Shown piece by piece: positions 7,869 to 18,059 of a stretch of DNA of 33,574 nt (its first letter is position 1; each line of letters opens with the position of its first letter). The stretch is from Candidatus Aminicenantes bacterium (lineage in GTDB: Bacteria; Acidobacteriota; B3-B38; Guanabaribacteriales; B3-B38). The stretch spans positions 1 to 33,574 of the forward strand of contig JAOUOQ010000002.1 in the NCBI GenBank assembly GCA_029880275.1, read 5' to 3'. Both the position numbers and the translations under genes were made by a program. A model generated the notes under the pieces. That model ran no database searches and was not told the origin of the DNA. It was given only the letters and a program-made list of their open reading frames with translations.

Positions 7869-9245
7869 ATGAAAAGAACCTTATCGGAGAAGAGGGCTAT
7901 TTTAAAAAATAGGTTCTATCTCAATGTGATATTTGTTGCCCTTCTATTAATTCTGGGACTCTTACTCATTTATCCATTCAAAAATTTGATATCAAACCTT
8001 TATTTTCAAAAGTATAAGCAGACACAAAGAAATGAAAAGCCATTGGATAATCAAATAGAGCATTTATACCAAAGCATAAATATAAATCCAAACCATGTGG
8101 AATATTTTGATGAGTTAGCAAAACTATTCTTTGAATCCCATAATACTGAACTTACCTCTGTAAATTCTGAAGCAGCCTTAAGAGAAGTAAACCAACGCTC
8201 AAGCTTTATCCATCATCCCTATTATTCAAAGTTATTTAAGTCTCCCTCAATATCCTCCAATACCCCATTATACAGATTGATGCCCATCTCAGCGCATCTT
8301 CAATCTATAAAGCTCAATCCCATGAATGCCGATAATTACCTACAATTAGGTCTGCTTTTGTCAAATTTTCTGTCCGCAAACAAGATCGATGTATTGCTTA
8401 AACAAGCAGTCAATCTTGAGCCGCAAAACATTTATTTTCATTATGCAATAGGAAATCTTTATCTATGGAATCAAAGAAAAGAAAAAGCTCTTGATGAATT
8501 CAAGCAGGTATTATATATAGCTTCGAAACATAGGACTCAGGAATTCATAGATATTTACTTACCAAAGATTATAAGCCAATCATTTCTATTGATAAACGAT
8601 GTGAAGCTTATAAAAGAAATCATTCCCCATTCTTACTATTGCTATTTGAAATATGCCCAGTTTTTAGCGGAGAGAAATCTGCCACTTTATTCAAAAGAAT
8701 ACTTCTATAAATCCTACGAAACAGCCCCAAAAGAAAGAAAGGAAGAGATATTAATAAGCCTTGCCCAGCAATTGGAAAAATCTAAAGAGTGGGATGAACT
8801 TATAAAAATAAACTATACATATCAAGATATAAAAACCGATGATAAGAACTCTTCTCGGTTTAATATCCTGCTCATCCAGGCCTATTATAACAAAGGGGAG
8901 TACAAGAAAGCTATTCAAACTGCTGACAATGCCCTATTGCTCGACCCTGCAAATTCAACCTTATATTATTACCAGGGGCTATCTTACTCCAGACTCTCGC
9001 AAAATATGAAATCCAGCCAAGCCTTTGAAAAAGCCGTTGAATACGCTCCCCATAATCCATATATGCACATACAGTTAGCACATGCTTACCAATCAATTGG
9101 AGCTATGAAAAAAGCCCTCAATGAATGGCAGGAGGTTTTAAGAATTAGCTCAGCAGATAAAAAATATGAGAACCTTGCCAATCAAGCAATAAATCAAATT
9201 ATTAAAATTAAGGCTAATATTGATAAGAGCAGAAAGAATAAGTAA
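7869..9245 (+). CDS. Membrane-anchored TPR-repeat protein
   Basis: It has an N-terminal TM helix (LNVIFVALLLILGLLLIYPF). Several 34-residue TPR-like units follow, e.g. YYNKGEYKKAIQTADNALLLDPANSTLYYYQGLSYSRLSQNMKSSQAFEKAVEYAPHNPYMHIQLAHAYQSIGAMKKALNEWQEVLRI. Confidence 0.75.
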   Translation: MKRTLSEKRAILKNRFYLNVIFVALLLILGLLLIYPFKNLISNLYFQKYKQTQRNEKPLDNQIEHLYQSININPNHVEYFDELAKLFFESHNTELTSVNSEAALREVNQRSSFIHHPYYSKLFKSPSISSNTPLYRLMPISAHLQSIKLNPMNADNYLQLGLLLSNFLSANKIDVLLKQAVNLEPQNIYFHYAIGNLYLWNQRKEKALDEFKQVLYIASKHRTQEFIDIYLPKIISQSFLLINDVKLIKEIIPHSYYCYLKYAQFLAERNLPLYSKEYFYKSYETAPKERKEEILISLAQQLEKSKEWDELIKINYTYQDIKTDDKNSSRFNILLIQAYYNKGEYKKAIQTADNALLLDPANSTLYYYQGLSYSRLSQNMKSSQAFEKAVEYAPHNPYMHIQLAHAYQSIGAMKKALNEWQEVLRISSADKKYENLANQAINQIIKIKANIDKSRKNK

Positions 9246-9490
9246 CCGCCCTAAAAAAATATCAGCAACCTCGACTCTTTCGAGTGGATCACCCATTCAA
9301 ACAAGATGTATCACCAACACATTGATAGCTGGCAGAGATTCGTTTCCCTTGCCTCGGATAACCTATCTGCCCATCTCGTGATTGCGCAATCATCTACCTT
9401 AAAATAAAAGATGAATCTAAAGCACATAGAGAGTATCTAAAGTAATCAGCTTGCAGCTTGATAATCAACAAAACTTAATAAGTCTTTAAA

Positions 9491-9515
9491 AATTAATATG
9501 TTTAACATATTAATT
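9491..9515. promoter_or_regulatory. 25-bp perfect palindrome (12+1+12), candidate operator at the head of the AT-rich cassette
   Basis: AATTAATATGTT-T-AACATATTAATT was checked base by base. It lies about 90 bp upstream of the wzx-like start codon (9604), where composition drops to very low GC. Confidence 0.4.
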
Positions 9516-9603
9516 GATGATTACTAAGGTAAAGTTAAGTTCAAGATTTAATATTTATGAAGTGAATGTTAAAAAATAATAAGCTATTAGGCAATATTAT
9601 TCA

Positions 9604-11172
9604 ATGACTATGATGGATATTAAAAAGAAAAATATAGAAGCAAATAATAAAAGAGATGGTGAATCATTTTATACAGAAAAAGAAATATTTAAACAATTCA
9701 TAAATAAATTGGGCAAAGATATCTTATATTACTTTCCTTCTCTAATGATACCCGCTTTCGTTTCCATCGCCAATGTGGCAATATTTACTCGGATTTTTAA
9801 TCCCGAAACATATGGAATTTACGCATTAGTTATAGCAACCGCAGCTATTTTTATAGCGCTCTTTTCTCAATGGATACAGGCTTCGATTCTAAGATTCTTT
9901 GCAGAGTTTAAAAAAAGGGAGGAACAAGCAGAATTTAATAAAAATCTGATTATAATTTTATTTTTAATTTCAGGCATTTTAATAATGATTTTCATTTTTC
10001 TATATCCTCTAATAAATTCAGCCTTTATAAAATATAAAAGATTTTATTTGTATACCGTTATATTTATCATTTTCTCAATTCTATTTGAAAACCTTTGCAC
10101 CTTATTCCAAGCTGATTTAAGATCATCAGGTTATTCCAAATATAAGATTATTAATTCAATTACTCGATTATTCTTTTCTTTAGCATTCATTTTTTTTATT
10201 GCCAGGGATATATTAGGATTAATTGTTGGCTCTATTTTAAGTTGTGCAATACTTTTCTATCCAATGGTTAAAGAATTAAATTTGATTAATTATTATAGAA
10301 AAGCTAAAAAAGGCTTTAGCTTATCATTTGTGAAAAAATTCGCTTCATTTGGCTTTCCTATGTTAGGATGGTTTGCAGGATCAGAAATATTAAATTTATC
10401 TGATAGATTTATTTTAGAGCATTTTAAAGGTAGCACCCAAGTAGGGATTTATTCTGCAAATTACTCACTTTTGGGCAGAGGAATAGGTTTAATATTTTCG
10501 CCTATTTTATTAGCAGCTCATCCTCTTATTTTGAATGTTTGGGAAAAAAGTAAAAATAAAATATATATTCAAAAGTTGATCACATCAATTTCGAGATATT
10601 TTTTCCTAATGGCCATTCCAATCATTGTATATATTAGCTTTTTAAGTAAGAGTATCGCATTTATTTTTTTGGGAAAATCCTATCACGAAGGATATATAAT
10701 AATCCCTGTTATTGCAATTGCCTTCGCTTTATGGCATCTCTCTCTCTACGCGCATAAAACTTTAGAGATTAGAAAGAAAACAATTGTTATGTTTTACTCT
10801 ATTATAGTCTGTGCCATCACTAATATCCTGCTAAACTTAATTTTTATTCCCCTATATGGCTATATTGGTGCCGCAATTACCACTTTAATTAGTTACTTAA
10901 TATATTTAATTATTATTTATTTTGCCACAAAAAAGGACATCAGATTGATTTTTCCTTGGAAATCTATATTTAATATATTATTAGCTTCAACCACATTAAC
11001 AATTTATCTATGGATATTGAAATTGTTGATGCAAGATATAATAAATATAGTTTATTTGATACTACTTATAATATCTATTTTCATTTACATAGTTGTTTTA
11101 TATTTAATAGGAGAAATAAGAAAATATGAAATAGAATTCTTTAAGAACCTATTTCTAACTAAACTAAGTTAA
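9604..11172 (+). CDS. wzx: Oligosaccharide/polysaccharide flippase, MOP superfamily (Wzx-like)
   Basis: 522 aa, extremely hydrophobic with about 12-14 predicted helices and a short polar N-terminus. This is the typical Wzx length and architecture, and it sits next to GT and Wzy genes. Confidence 0.8.
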   Translation: MTMMDIKKKNIEANNKRDGESFYTEKEIFKQFINKLGKDILYYFPSLMIPAFVSIANVAIFTRIFNPETYGIYALVIATAAIFIALFSQWIQASILRFFAEFKKREEQAEFNKNLIIILFLISGILIMIFIFLYPLINSAFIKYKRFYLYTVIFIIFSILFENLCTLFQADLRSSGYSKYKIINSITRLFFSLAFIFFIARDILGLIVGSILSCAILFYPMVKELNLINYYRKAKKGFSLSFVKKFASFGFPMLGWFAGSEILNLSDRFILEHFKGSTQVGIYSANYSLLGRGIGLIFSPILLAAHPLILNVWEKSKNKIYIQKLITSISRYFFLMAIPIIVYISFLSKSIAFIFLGKSYHEGYIIIPVIAIAFALWHLSLYAHKTLEIRKKTIVMFYSIIVCAITNILLNLIFIPLYGYIGAAITTLISYLIYLIIIYFATKKDIRLIFPWKSIFNILLASTTLTIYLWILKLLMQDIINIVYLILLIISIFIYIVVLYLIGEIRKYEIEFFKNLFLTKLS

Positions 11173-11191
11173 AAATTTATAGGGATTCTAA

Positions 11192-12196
11192 ATGGAACCA
11201 AAAGTTTGTGTTATCATGCCTTGCTATAACGGTGAAAAATTTATAGGCGAAGCGATCGAAAGCGTTGTAAATCAGACTTATAATAATTGGGAGCTAATTA
11301 TAGTAGATGATGGTTCAACTGATAACTCAAAGGTGGTTATAAAGAGATATTTTGATGACAATAGAATTAAGTATATTGCACATAAAGAAAATAGGGGCAT
11401 CCCAGCAGCGCGTAATACAGGAATAAAAGCTTCAAAAGGTGAATATATTGCCTTTTTAGATCAAGATGATATTTGGCTACCAGAAAAGCTCAAAGAGCAG
11501 ATAGAAATATTTAATATAGACAGGGATCAGGAGATAGGATTGGTTTTTTCTGATATTATGCACCTCATTGGGGATGAAACAATTAGGCCAGAGTGGCCAA
11601 GTAAATATGTACCAAATAATTTAAACAGAATATCTAAAGAAGAAGTATTAAAAAGCCTATTTTTACAAAATTTTATTCCAAGTATTAGTGTGATAGTTCG
11701 AAAAGATTGCTTTGATAGGCTCGGATTACTAAATGAAAATATAACCGGCGGCGCAGATGATTATGAGTTTTGGTTACGAATATCCGGATATTTCAAAATC
11801 ATTTATTTTAATAAGCCTTTTGTTAAAAAGCGAATTCACGAAAACAACTATAGCAATATGGAAGGATTTTTTAAAGACGGACTCCACATTTTAAATATGG
11901 CGATACAACTCTATCCTTTTTTAGCTAAATACGGCAACAAAAAAAGGGGAAGATTATACTATAACTATGGAAGATATCTACAAAAGATCGGCGAAAGCTC
12001 ACAATCGAAAGAGGCTATACATATCGCAATCTTGTATGATTATTTGCAGTTGAAATTTTATATTGCATATCTTCTATGCCATTTTGGTAGCTTTGGGGGA
12101 TGGATTCTCACAAAACTCTCATATTTGAAATCTATTACAAAAGCAGCAAAATCAAAACTTTCTGAAATCACAAAGAAAAGCAATCCGCATTTGTAA
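11192..12196 (+). CDS. Family 2 glycosyltransferase
   Basis: The N-terminus VIMPCYNGEKFIGEAIESVVNQTYNNWELIIVDDGSTDNS and the motif AFLDQDDIW (DxD) are the canonical GT2 (GT-A fold) signature. Confidence 0.9.
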   Translation: MEPKVCVIMPCYNGEKFIGEAIESVVNQTYNNWELIIVDDGSTDNSKVVIKRYFDDNRIKYIAHKENRGIPAARNTGIKASKGEYIAFLDQDDIWLPEKLKEQIEIFNIDRDQEIGLVFSDIMHLIGDETIRPEWPSKYVPNNLNRISKEEVLKSLFLQNFIPSISVIVRKDCFDRLGLLNENITGGADDYEFWLRISGYFKIIYFNKPFVKKRIHENNYSNMEGFFKDGLHILNMAIQLYPFLAKYGNKKRGRLYYNYGRYLQKIGESSQSKEAIHIAILYDYLQLKFYIAYLLCHFGSFGGWILTKLSYLKSITKAAKSKLSEITKKSNPHL

Positions 12197-12234
12197 TATA
12201 AAAGCAACTAATATTAATTTTAATAGAAAAATAA

Positions 12235-13506
12235 ATGGGCAAAATTTGTAAAATTGGTTCCTTTACTCTTCTTATTCTAATTTGGTTTGAAGAAATTGTA
12301 ATAGTTCCAGGAGTAACTGTAGCTAAAGCTGTAGGAATTATAGTTGGATTCCTTTGGATTTTGCTGAAGCTTGGAGAATTAGCCACAATTAAGAAAATAG
12401 TTATCTCAAATAGAGAATTAATCTTTTATATCTTTTTAATTATTTATTTTCTAATTACCCTGATTTCTCTCTATTTTGTGGGAGATATATATTTAAATAA
12501 AATTTGGTTAAGAATTAGTAACTTATTCTTGTTAATTAGTATGGTAATAATTTTGAGTGATCAAATAAAAAATGAAAAAGATTATGAAATAGCATATAAA
12601 ATTATTGTATATTCAGGCATTTTAGTTAGCTTTTTAATAATTATTCAATATTATCTTGGAATTTCTCTTTCAAATATTTTTAGCTATCAAGAATCTGTTT
12701 TTACTCAAAAAGATATAATCAGAGCGATTGGTCCTTTTAGAGATCCAAATTTTGCATCTTTAAATATCGTTACTTTAATTCCTCTTACATATTTTTACAC
12801 TATAGCATATTTTTCAGGAAAAAGATGGCGCAATTTTTTAATTTTAGGAATTGCAATAGAAATAATAGCAATATTGCTTTCTTTCTCCCGAGCGGGAATC
12901 ATTGCACTATTACTCGCTTTCGTATTAATCATAATAAATGATAAGGTTAATATCAAAAGATATTTCTTAATAATTTTATTATTAATAATTGTAATTTCTT
13001 TTTTGCCTTTACAAGAGATTAAAGATAGAAGCTCTTCTGTTTTAAAATTTTACCAAAATATTAATAATCCTTATTATCTTAGCATAACTTATCCTTCTCT
13101 ATGGAATAGGTATAATTTCATGATAGGAGCTTGGAAAATGTTCACAGATAATTTAATCATAGGAGTAGGATTTGGAAATTTTATGTATAATCTACCTCAA
13201 TATAGCTTACTCTCAATAGAAGCTGGTGCACATAATACATATCTGGAGCTTGCTGCTGAATTAGGAATATTTGGCGCTATAGTATTTTTAACTTTGCTTT
13301 ATCTGTGTTGGAAGAATATAAATATATCACTTAAATTATGTAATAATAAAAATATAATACCTATTATAAAAGGTTTGAAAATAGGATTCTTAGTATATTT
13401 ATTTGGCGCATTCTTCTTAACAGCTCCAACTGAAAAAATTCTTTGGATAACTTTCGCCCTTTCTATTAGCATAACAAAATTTACTATAAAAAATAGTAAA
13501 AAATAA
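12235..13506 (+). CDS. wzy: O-antigen polymerase / ligase family membrane protein (Wzy-like), second copy in the locus
   Basis: 423 aa, polytopic. It has LSFSRAGIIALLLAFVLII followed by a loop and GAHNTYLELAAELGIFGAIVF, a Wzy_C-type motif. It is very AT-rich and adjacent to the wzx-like gene. Confidence 0.75.
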   Translation: MGKICKIGSFTLLILIWFEEIVIVPGVTVAKAVGIIVGFLWILLKLGELATIKKIVISNRELIFYIFLIIYFLITLISLYFVGDIYLNKIWLRISNLFLLISMVIILSDQIKNEKDYEIAYKIIVYSGILVSFLIIIQYYLGISLSNIFSYQESVFTQKDIIRAIGPFRDPNFASLNIVTLIPLTYFYTIAYFSGKRWRNFLILGIAIEIIAILLSFSRAGIIALLLAFVLIIINDKVNIKRYFLIILLLIIVISFLPLQEIKDRSSSVLKFYQNINNPYYLSITYPSLWNRYNFMIGAWKMFTDNLIIGVGFGNFMYNLPQYSLLSIEAGAHNTYLELAAELGIFGAIVFLTLLYLCWKNINISLKLCNNKNIIPIIKGLKIGFLVYLFGAFFLTAPTEKILWITFALSISITKFTIKNSKK

Positions 13507-13507
13507 A

Positions 13508-14683
13508 TTGATGAATACAAAGCTTAGAATAATTGTAATAAATCCCACTAATATTAATTATGACAATGATTCAATAACGAATTATATACGGGGACTATTA
13601 AAATATAATAAATTCTATGATGTTTCATTTTATGGAACTTCCAAAGATGCAACTCAAAATTATAATATAAAAAAGCCTATTGATAAGAATTCATTTGGTA
13701 ATTTTTACCCTATATTTAATCGTCCAAAAAGCAGAATATATAATTTCCTTCCTAAGACTTTACATTATATAATAGAATTTTATAAAGCAAAATCCAAAAT
13801 AATACAAAACAATTCAATTCTTTCATTCCATGGATGTGCTTGGGCTCTACCATTCCTTTATCCTTCAAAGTTATCACCTTGCATATTAACCATTCACGGG
13901 TGTTCAAGATTCAATCGTATTGCGTTCAAAAGTAAATTTAAAGTTATTATTTATGATTTAATTGAGAAATTAGCTCTAAGGAAAATAGATAAGGTAATCT
14001 TGGTTAGTATGGATGGTTTTAATTTTTATGCAAATAAATATTCGAAAATAAAAAATAAGTTTGTTTACTTACCCACATTTTTTGACAATGAGTTATTCTT
14101 TCCCCAAAAAAATAGAGCTATAATAAGGAAAAGATGGGGAGTTAGAACCGATGATATTGTATTAATATATATAGGGCGTTTAGTAGAAGAAAAAGGATTA
14201 AATTTATTAATAGGAGCCTTTAAAATAGTAAAAGCTAATTTCAAAAATGCAAAATTAATACTTGTAGGAGAAGGAAATTATAAGAGCGAGCTTAAAAAAA
14301 TGATCATTCGAAAAAAAATCGGAGATGTAACTTTTTTAGGGGAATTAGCACATTCTTCTATCCCGGAAATATTACATTGTGCAGATTTATTCATTCTACC
14401 TTCTAAATTTGAAGGTACGCCACTTGCTGCTTTAGAATCTGTAGCATGCGGTGTACCTGTTATCTCTTTTAGAGTGAGCGATATGGATAAGATAGTTATT
14501 CCAAATCAAACCGGATACTTAGTTAATGAGCATTCTGAAGAAGGTTTAGCCAATGCAATTATGAAAGGTGTCAAAACACTCGTCAAAACAGAAAGAATAT
14601 CTTATACGGCAGTAGTAAGAAAATATGCTGCATCTAATTTAGTGCCTAAAATATTGAAAATATACAGTAAAACCTGCTCTTAG
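13508..14683 (+). CDS. Family 4 glycosyltransferase (GT-B fold)
   Basis: The C-terminal motif reads LPSKFEGTPLAALESVACGVPVISFRVSDMDKIV (the E-x7-E region), preceded by LIYIGRLVEEKGL. ATG 13511 is a likely alternative to TTG 13508. Confidence 0.85.
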   Translation: MMNTKLRIIVINPTNINYDNDSITNYIRGLLKYNKFYDVSFYGTSKDATQNYNIKKPIDKNSFGNFYPIFNRPKSRIYNFLPKTLHYIIEFYKAKSKIIQNNSILSFHGCAWALPFLYPSKLSPCILTIHGCSRFNRIAFKSKFKVIIYDLIEKLALRKIDKVILVSMDGFNFYANKYSKIKNKFVYLPTFFDNELFFPQKNRAIIRKRWGVRTDDIVLIYIGRLVEEKGLNLLIGAFKIVKANFKNAKLILVGEGNYKSELKKMIIRKKIGDVTFLGELAHSSIPEILHCADLFILPSKFEGTPLAALESVACGVPVISFRVSDMDKIVIPNQTGYLVNEHSEEGLANAIMKGVKTLVKTERISYTAVVRKYAASNLVPKILKIYSKTCS

Positions 14684-14814
14684 AATAATATAAGAAATTT
14701 ATTCTAATATTCAACCCTATATTCTCTTTATCTAAAAAGGCATAAGTTTCCATAAGTGCTTAAATTTAAACTTACCTTTTCATTGAATAGCAAATTGAAC
14801 CATAGAAGCAATGT

Positions 14815-15564
14815 ATGAATCTTAATAGAAACTTTTTTAATACACATTATTTTAATAAACTGAAAAAAAAAGGAAAATATTTAAGAAGAGACCCCAGATT
14901 ATTCCTTGGCTTATATCTAAAAAGGTTAATTAAAAAATTTAATTCATCAGGTAATATTATTGATATAGGAACAGGTGATGGCTATTTTATTACCAAATTT
15001 GAAAAAAGCTATAAAACAATTGGTGTAGATATATCTAAATATGCTATAAATTTAGCCAAAAAAAGGTGTTTAAAGACGAATTTTGTAATATGTTCTGCTG
15101 AACACTTACCCTTTATGCCAAATTGTTTTGACTTTATATTAGCACTTGATTTAATTGAACATTTAAAATATCCAAATAATTTTTTTCAAGATTCAGCATA
15201 TATCTTAAAAGATAAAGGCATTATAATTCTCTCAACCCCTAATCCAACATCTTATGGGAAAAAATTAAAAAAGGAAAAATGGATTGGTTATTCAGATATA
15301 AGTCATATCTCAATAAAAACACCGGAACAATGGAGAGAACTATTCACATTGCACAATTTTGAAATTATAAGAGAAGGAACAGATTTCTGTTGGGATATTC
15401 CATATCCTATTCATGTGCATCCTTTAATACAAAGATGGATAGTAATTCCAATACATATAATATTGAAAGTAACTTTTGGATTTTTACCGTGGAAGTTCGG
15501 TGAAAATTATTATGCAATAATTCAATTTATCGGTAAGGCAAATATAAATGAAAATAGGCATTGA
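14815..15564 (+). CDS. Class I SAM-dependent methyltransferase
   Basis: Motif I reads IIDIGTGDGYF. Downstream acidic and hydrophobic motifs (FDFILALDLIEHLKYP, GIIILSTPN) fit Methyltransf_11/12-like enzymes. It overlaps the next gene by 17 nt. Confidence 0.8.
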   Translation: MNLNRNFFNTHYFNKLKKKGKYLRRDPRLFLGLYLKRLIKKFNSSGNIIDIGTGDGYFITKFEKSYKTIGVDISKYAINLAKKRCLKTNFVICSAEHLPFMPNCFDFILALDLIEHLKYPNNFFQDSAYILKDKGIIILSTPNPTSYGKKLKKEKWIGYSDISHISIKTPEQWRELFTLHNFEIIREGTDFCWDIPYPIHVHPLIQRWIVIPIHIILKVTFGFLPWKFGENYYAIIQFIGKANINENRH

Positions 15565-16678
15565 TGCTATCTCAGTAACAGAAAAAGCTGCAGGATTTAA
15601 AAGATATCTAATGCAATTAGTAAAAGGATTGGCCACAATAGATAAAAAGAATGATTACATATTATTTCTAAATCACAGGTCTTATAATTTATTTGCCATA
15701 AATCAATTAAATTTTAAAAATATAAAGGTGTATACACCGCCTAAAATTCATTTTTATTGGGGACAGTTTTATTTCCCATTAAAAATAATGTTTGAAAAAT
15801 TAGACTTATTATTTTCTCCCGTATCCGCTCCTCCAATTTTATGCTCGGTTAAAAAATGTGTAGTGCTTCATGATCTTGCATTTATCTTATTTCCGGAAAC
15901 CATTAAGAATAAGTTTGCACTATTCTATTGGAAATTTTTTATGTTGCATGGGATTAAAAAAGCTGAAAATATCATTACAGACTCGAAAAGCACAAAAAGT
16001 TATTTAATGAGCCATTTATATGTCCCTGATAAAAAAATAGAAGTTATTTATGGATTTATAAATAACGAATTTAAAAAGATTGAGGACGATAATGTTATTA
16101 AATCAGTAAAAGAAAAATACAATCTTCCCACAAAATATATTTTATATGTTGGTACTATAGAGCCTCGAAAGAATATCTCAACACTCATTAAAGCATACTA
16201 TAAAATTCGTAAAGAGAGTGTAATAAAGCATTCGCTTGTTATTGTGGGAAAGAAAGGGTGGGGATATTCAAATATATTTGAAACAATTAAAGAATTAAAC
16301 CTGGAAGACGATATTATTTTTACTGGTTATGTCCCTGATAAAGATCTCCCCGCGTTGTATAACGCTGCCGATCTCTTCGTTTATATTCCCCTACATGAAG
16401 GTTTTGGATACCCACCTTTAGAAGCGATGTCCTGCGAGATTCCTGTTGTTGTATCAAAAACCTCTTCTCTCCCTGAAATTGTAGGTGATGGAGGAATATT
16501 AGTTGACCCTTACAATGTTGATGAAATTGCAGAGCAAATAATAAAGCTTTTGAGAAACGAGCAATTAAGAAAGAGAATAGCCAATAAAGGCTATAGTAGA
16601 ACTAAAAATTTTTATATGGAAAAATCAATAGACAAAATATTAGAAGTATTCAGAGATATAACAGAAAGGAAAAAATAA
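15548..16678 (+). CDS. Family 4 glycosyltransferase
   Basis: Motifs include ILYVGTIEPRKN, ADLFVYIPLHEGFGYPPLEAMSCEIPVVVSKTSSLPEIVGDGG (GT4 E-x7-E region) and an N-terminal MKIGIDA start. Confidence 0.9.
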   Translation: MKIGIDAISVTEKAAGFKRYLMQLVKGLATIDKKNDYILFLNHRSYNLFAINQLNFKNIKVYTPPKIHFYWGQFYFPLKIMFEKLDLLFSPVSAPPILCSVKKCVVLHDLAFILFPETIKNKFALFYWKFFMLHGIKKAENIITDSKSTKSYLMSHLYVPDKKIEVIYGFINNEFKKIEDDNVIKSVKEKYNLPTKYILYVGTIEPRKNISTLIKAYYKIRKESVIKHSLVIVGKKGWGYSNIFETIKELNLEDDIIFTGYVPDKDLPALYNAADLFVYIPLHEGFGYPPLEAMSCEIPVVVSKTSSLPEIVGDGGILVDPYNVDEIAEQIIKLLRNEQLRKRIANKGYSRTKNFYMEKSIDKILEVFRDITERKK

Positions 16679-16788
16679 ATATCCGTATATTAATTTTATC
16701 ACGCACTTTTCCTATTCCGCCTAATAGTGGAACCAACCGCAGGATTTTTGCCTTTGCTAACTATTTAGCTCACAAGCATGATGTAACA

Positions 16789-17910
16789 TTGGTCTGTTTG
16801 CATGACATGGGTGAACAAAAGCCACAATTAGAATACAAGACACCCTGGCGGACTTTTTTAGTCCCCTTGCATCAAAAAAATAAACTCTATGTCTTGCTTC
16901 GTGCTTTTGCCTCTCGATACACATATGCACAGATTAAATTCTATAGTAATGAATTACAAGACGCTTTAGAAAAGTTATTTTCAAAGGAACGATTTGATGT
17001 AATTTGGGTGAACTTCCTTGACATGGCTACTTACTTGCTGAAAATCAAGACGAGCAACTGGAAGCATAGCTTATTAATACTCGACCAGCATAACCTTGAC
17101 GAGTCAGTTTGGAATAGCTTCTTAAAATCGCATATCAATCCCGTTTGGAAACTATTTGCCCTATGGGAAGTGATAAAAGTTAAACAATTACAAGCTCGTT
17201 ATTTACCTGTCTTCGACATTATCTTGTCTGTTTCCAAAGATGACATAAAGGCAACACAGCCCTATATTAATACTCATACACAGGTTTGGCTAACTCCTAA
17301 CGGTGCAGATACTCGATATTTCAAATCAGCATCCTCACTAAGAAAGAATTGTCCAAATCCCCGAGTTGTTTTCGGCGGTGCAATGGATGTTACCATGAAT
17401 CAGGATGGTGTGCTTTGGTTTATCAAGAAAGTATATCCACTTGTTCACAAAAAGATTCCTTCAATTCAATTCTGGATTGTTGGGCGCAACCCCCCTTTAA
17501 AGATACAGAGGCTCAATAAGATTCCTGGCGTTCATGTTACCGGGACCATTTGCGATGTCCGAGATTATTATGCTCATGCAGATGTGTTTATTGTACCAGT
17601 ACGCTTGGGTGGAGGTACAAAGCTTAAAACCTTAGAGGCCATGGCAATGGCTTTACCTATAGTCAGCACTCCTACAGGAGTTCAAGGTCTTCAAGCATTA
17701 TCAGGAAAGCATTTATATATTGCCAACGATGCAGAGACCTTTGCAAATAGAATCATTGAATTGATACGGGATCGAGAGAAAGCTATGGTAATGGGAAAAG
17801 AAGCTCGCTATTTTGTTGAAAAGCATAATAGTTGGGATGCTATTGTGAATAATACGGAAAAAAAGCTTTTAGAATTTATAAAAAAGAAGCATACGTATAA
17901 TATACATTAA
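16789..17910 (+). CDS. Family 4 glycosyltransferase; annotated from the first canonical start, though the conserved N-terminus extends upstream (see finding)
   Basis: The C-terminal motif reads ADVFIVPVRLGGGTKLKTLEAMAMALPIVSTPTGVQGL. The same frame is open back to 16606 and encodes RILILSRTFPIPPNSGTNRRIFAFANYLAHKHDVT at 16684-16788, with no ATG, GTG or TTG. Confidence 0.8.
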   Translation: MVCLHDMGEQKPQLEYKTPWRTFLVPLHQKNKLYVLLRAFASRYTYAQIKFYSNELQDALEKLFSKERFDVIWVNFLDMATYLLKIKTSNWKHSLLILDQHNLDESVWNSFLKSHINPVWKLFALWEVIKVKQLQARYLPVFDIILSVSKDDIKATQPYINTHTQVWLTPNGADTRYFKSASSLRKNCPNPRVVFGGAMDVTMNQDGVLWFIKKVYPLVHKKIPSIQFWIVGRNPPLKIQRLNKIPGVHVTGTICDVRDYYAHADVFIVPVRLGGGTKLKTLEAMAMALPIVSTPTGVQGLQALSGKHLYIANDAETFANRIIELIRDREKAMVMGKEARYFVEKHNSWDAIVNNTEKKLLEFIKKKHTYNIH

Positions 17911-18059
17911 ATCTTCCAGATATGCTCCCCATTGTAAGAGACTCTTCATAACCAACACGGTAAGATTTCGCAATTAGCAAGAAGAATGAACGTATAGAAA
18001 GGATAAATAAGTGTTAAAAAGTTTGCTTAAATAAGAAGCAAAAAGAACCTTTAATATCG

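Noticed and set aside
14682-14705. AT-only hairpin AGAATAA-N10-TTATTCT right after the GT4 stop codon, considered as a terminator
   Set aside because: The stem is 7 bp with only one G:C pair, the loop is 10 nt and there is no T-tract. It is unlikely to terminate transcription, and such inverted repeats are frequent in DNA this AT-rich.
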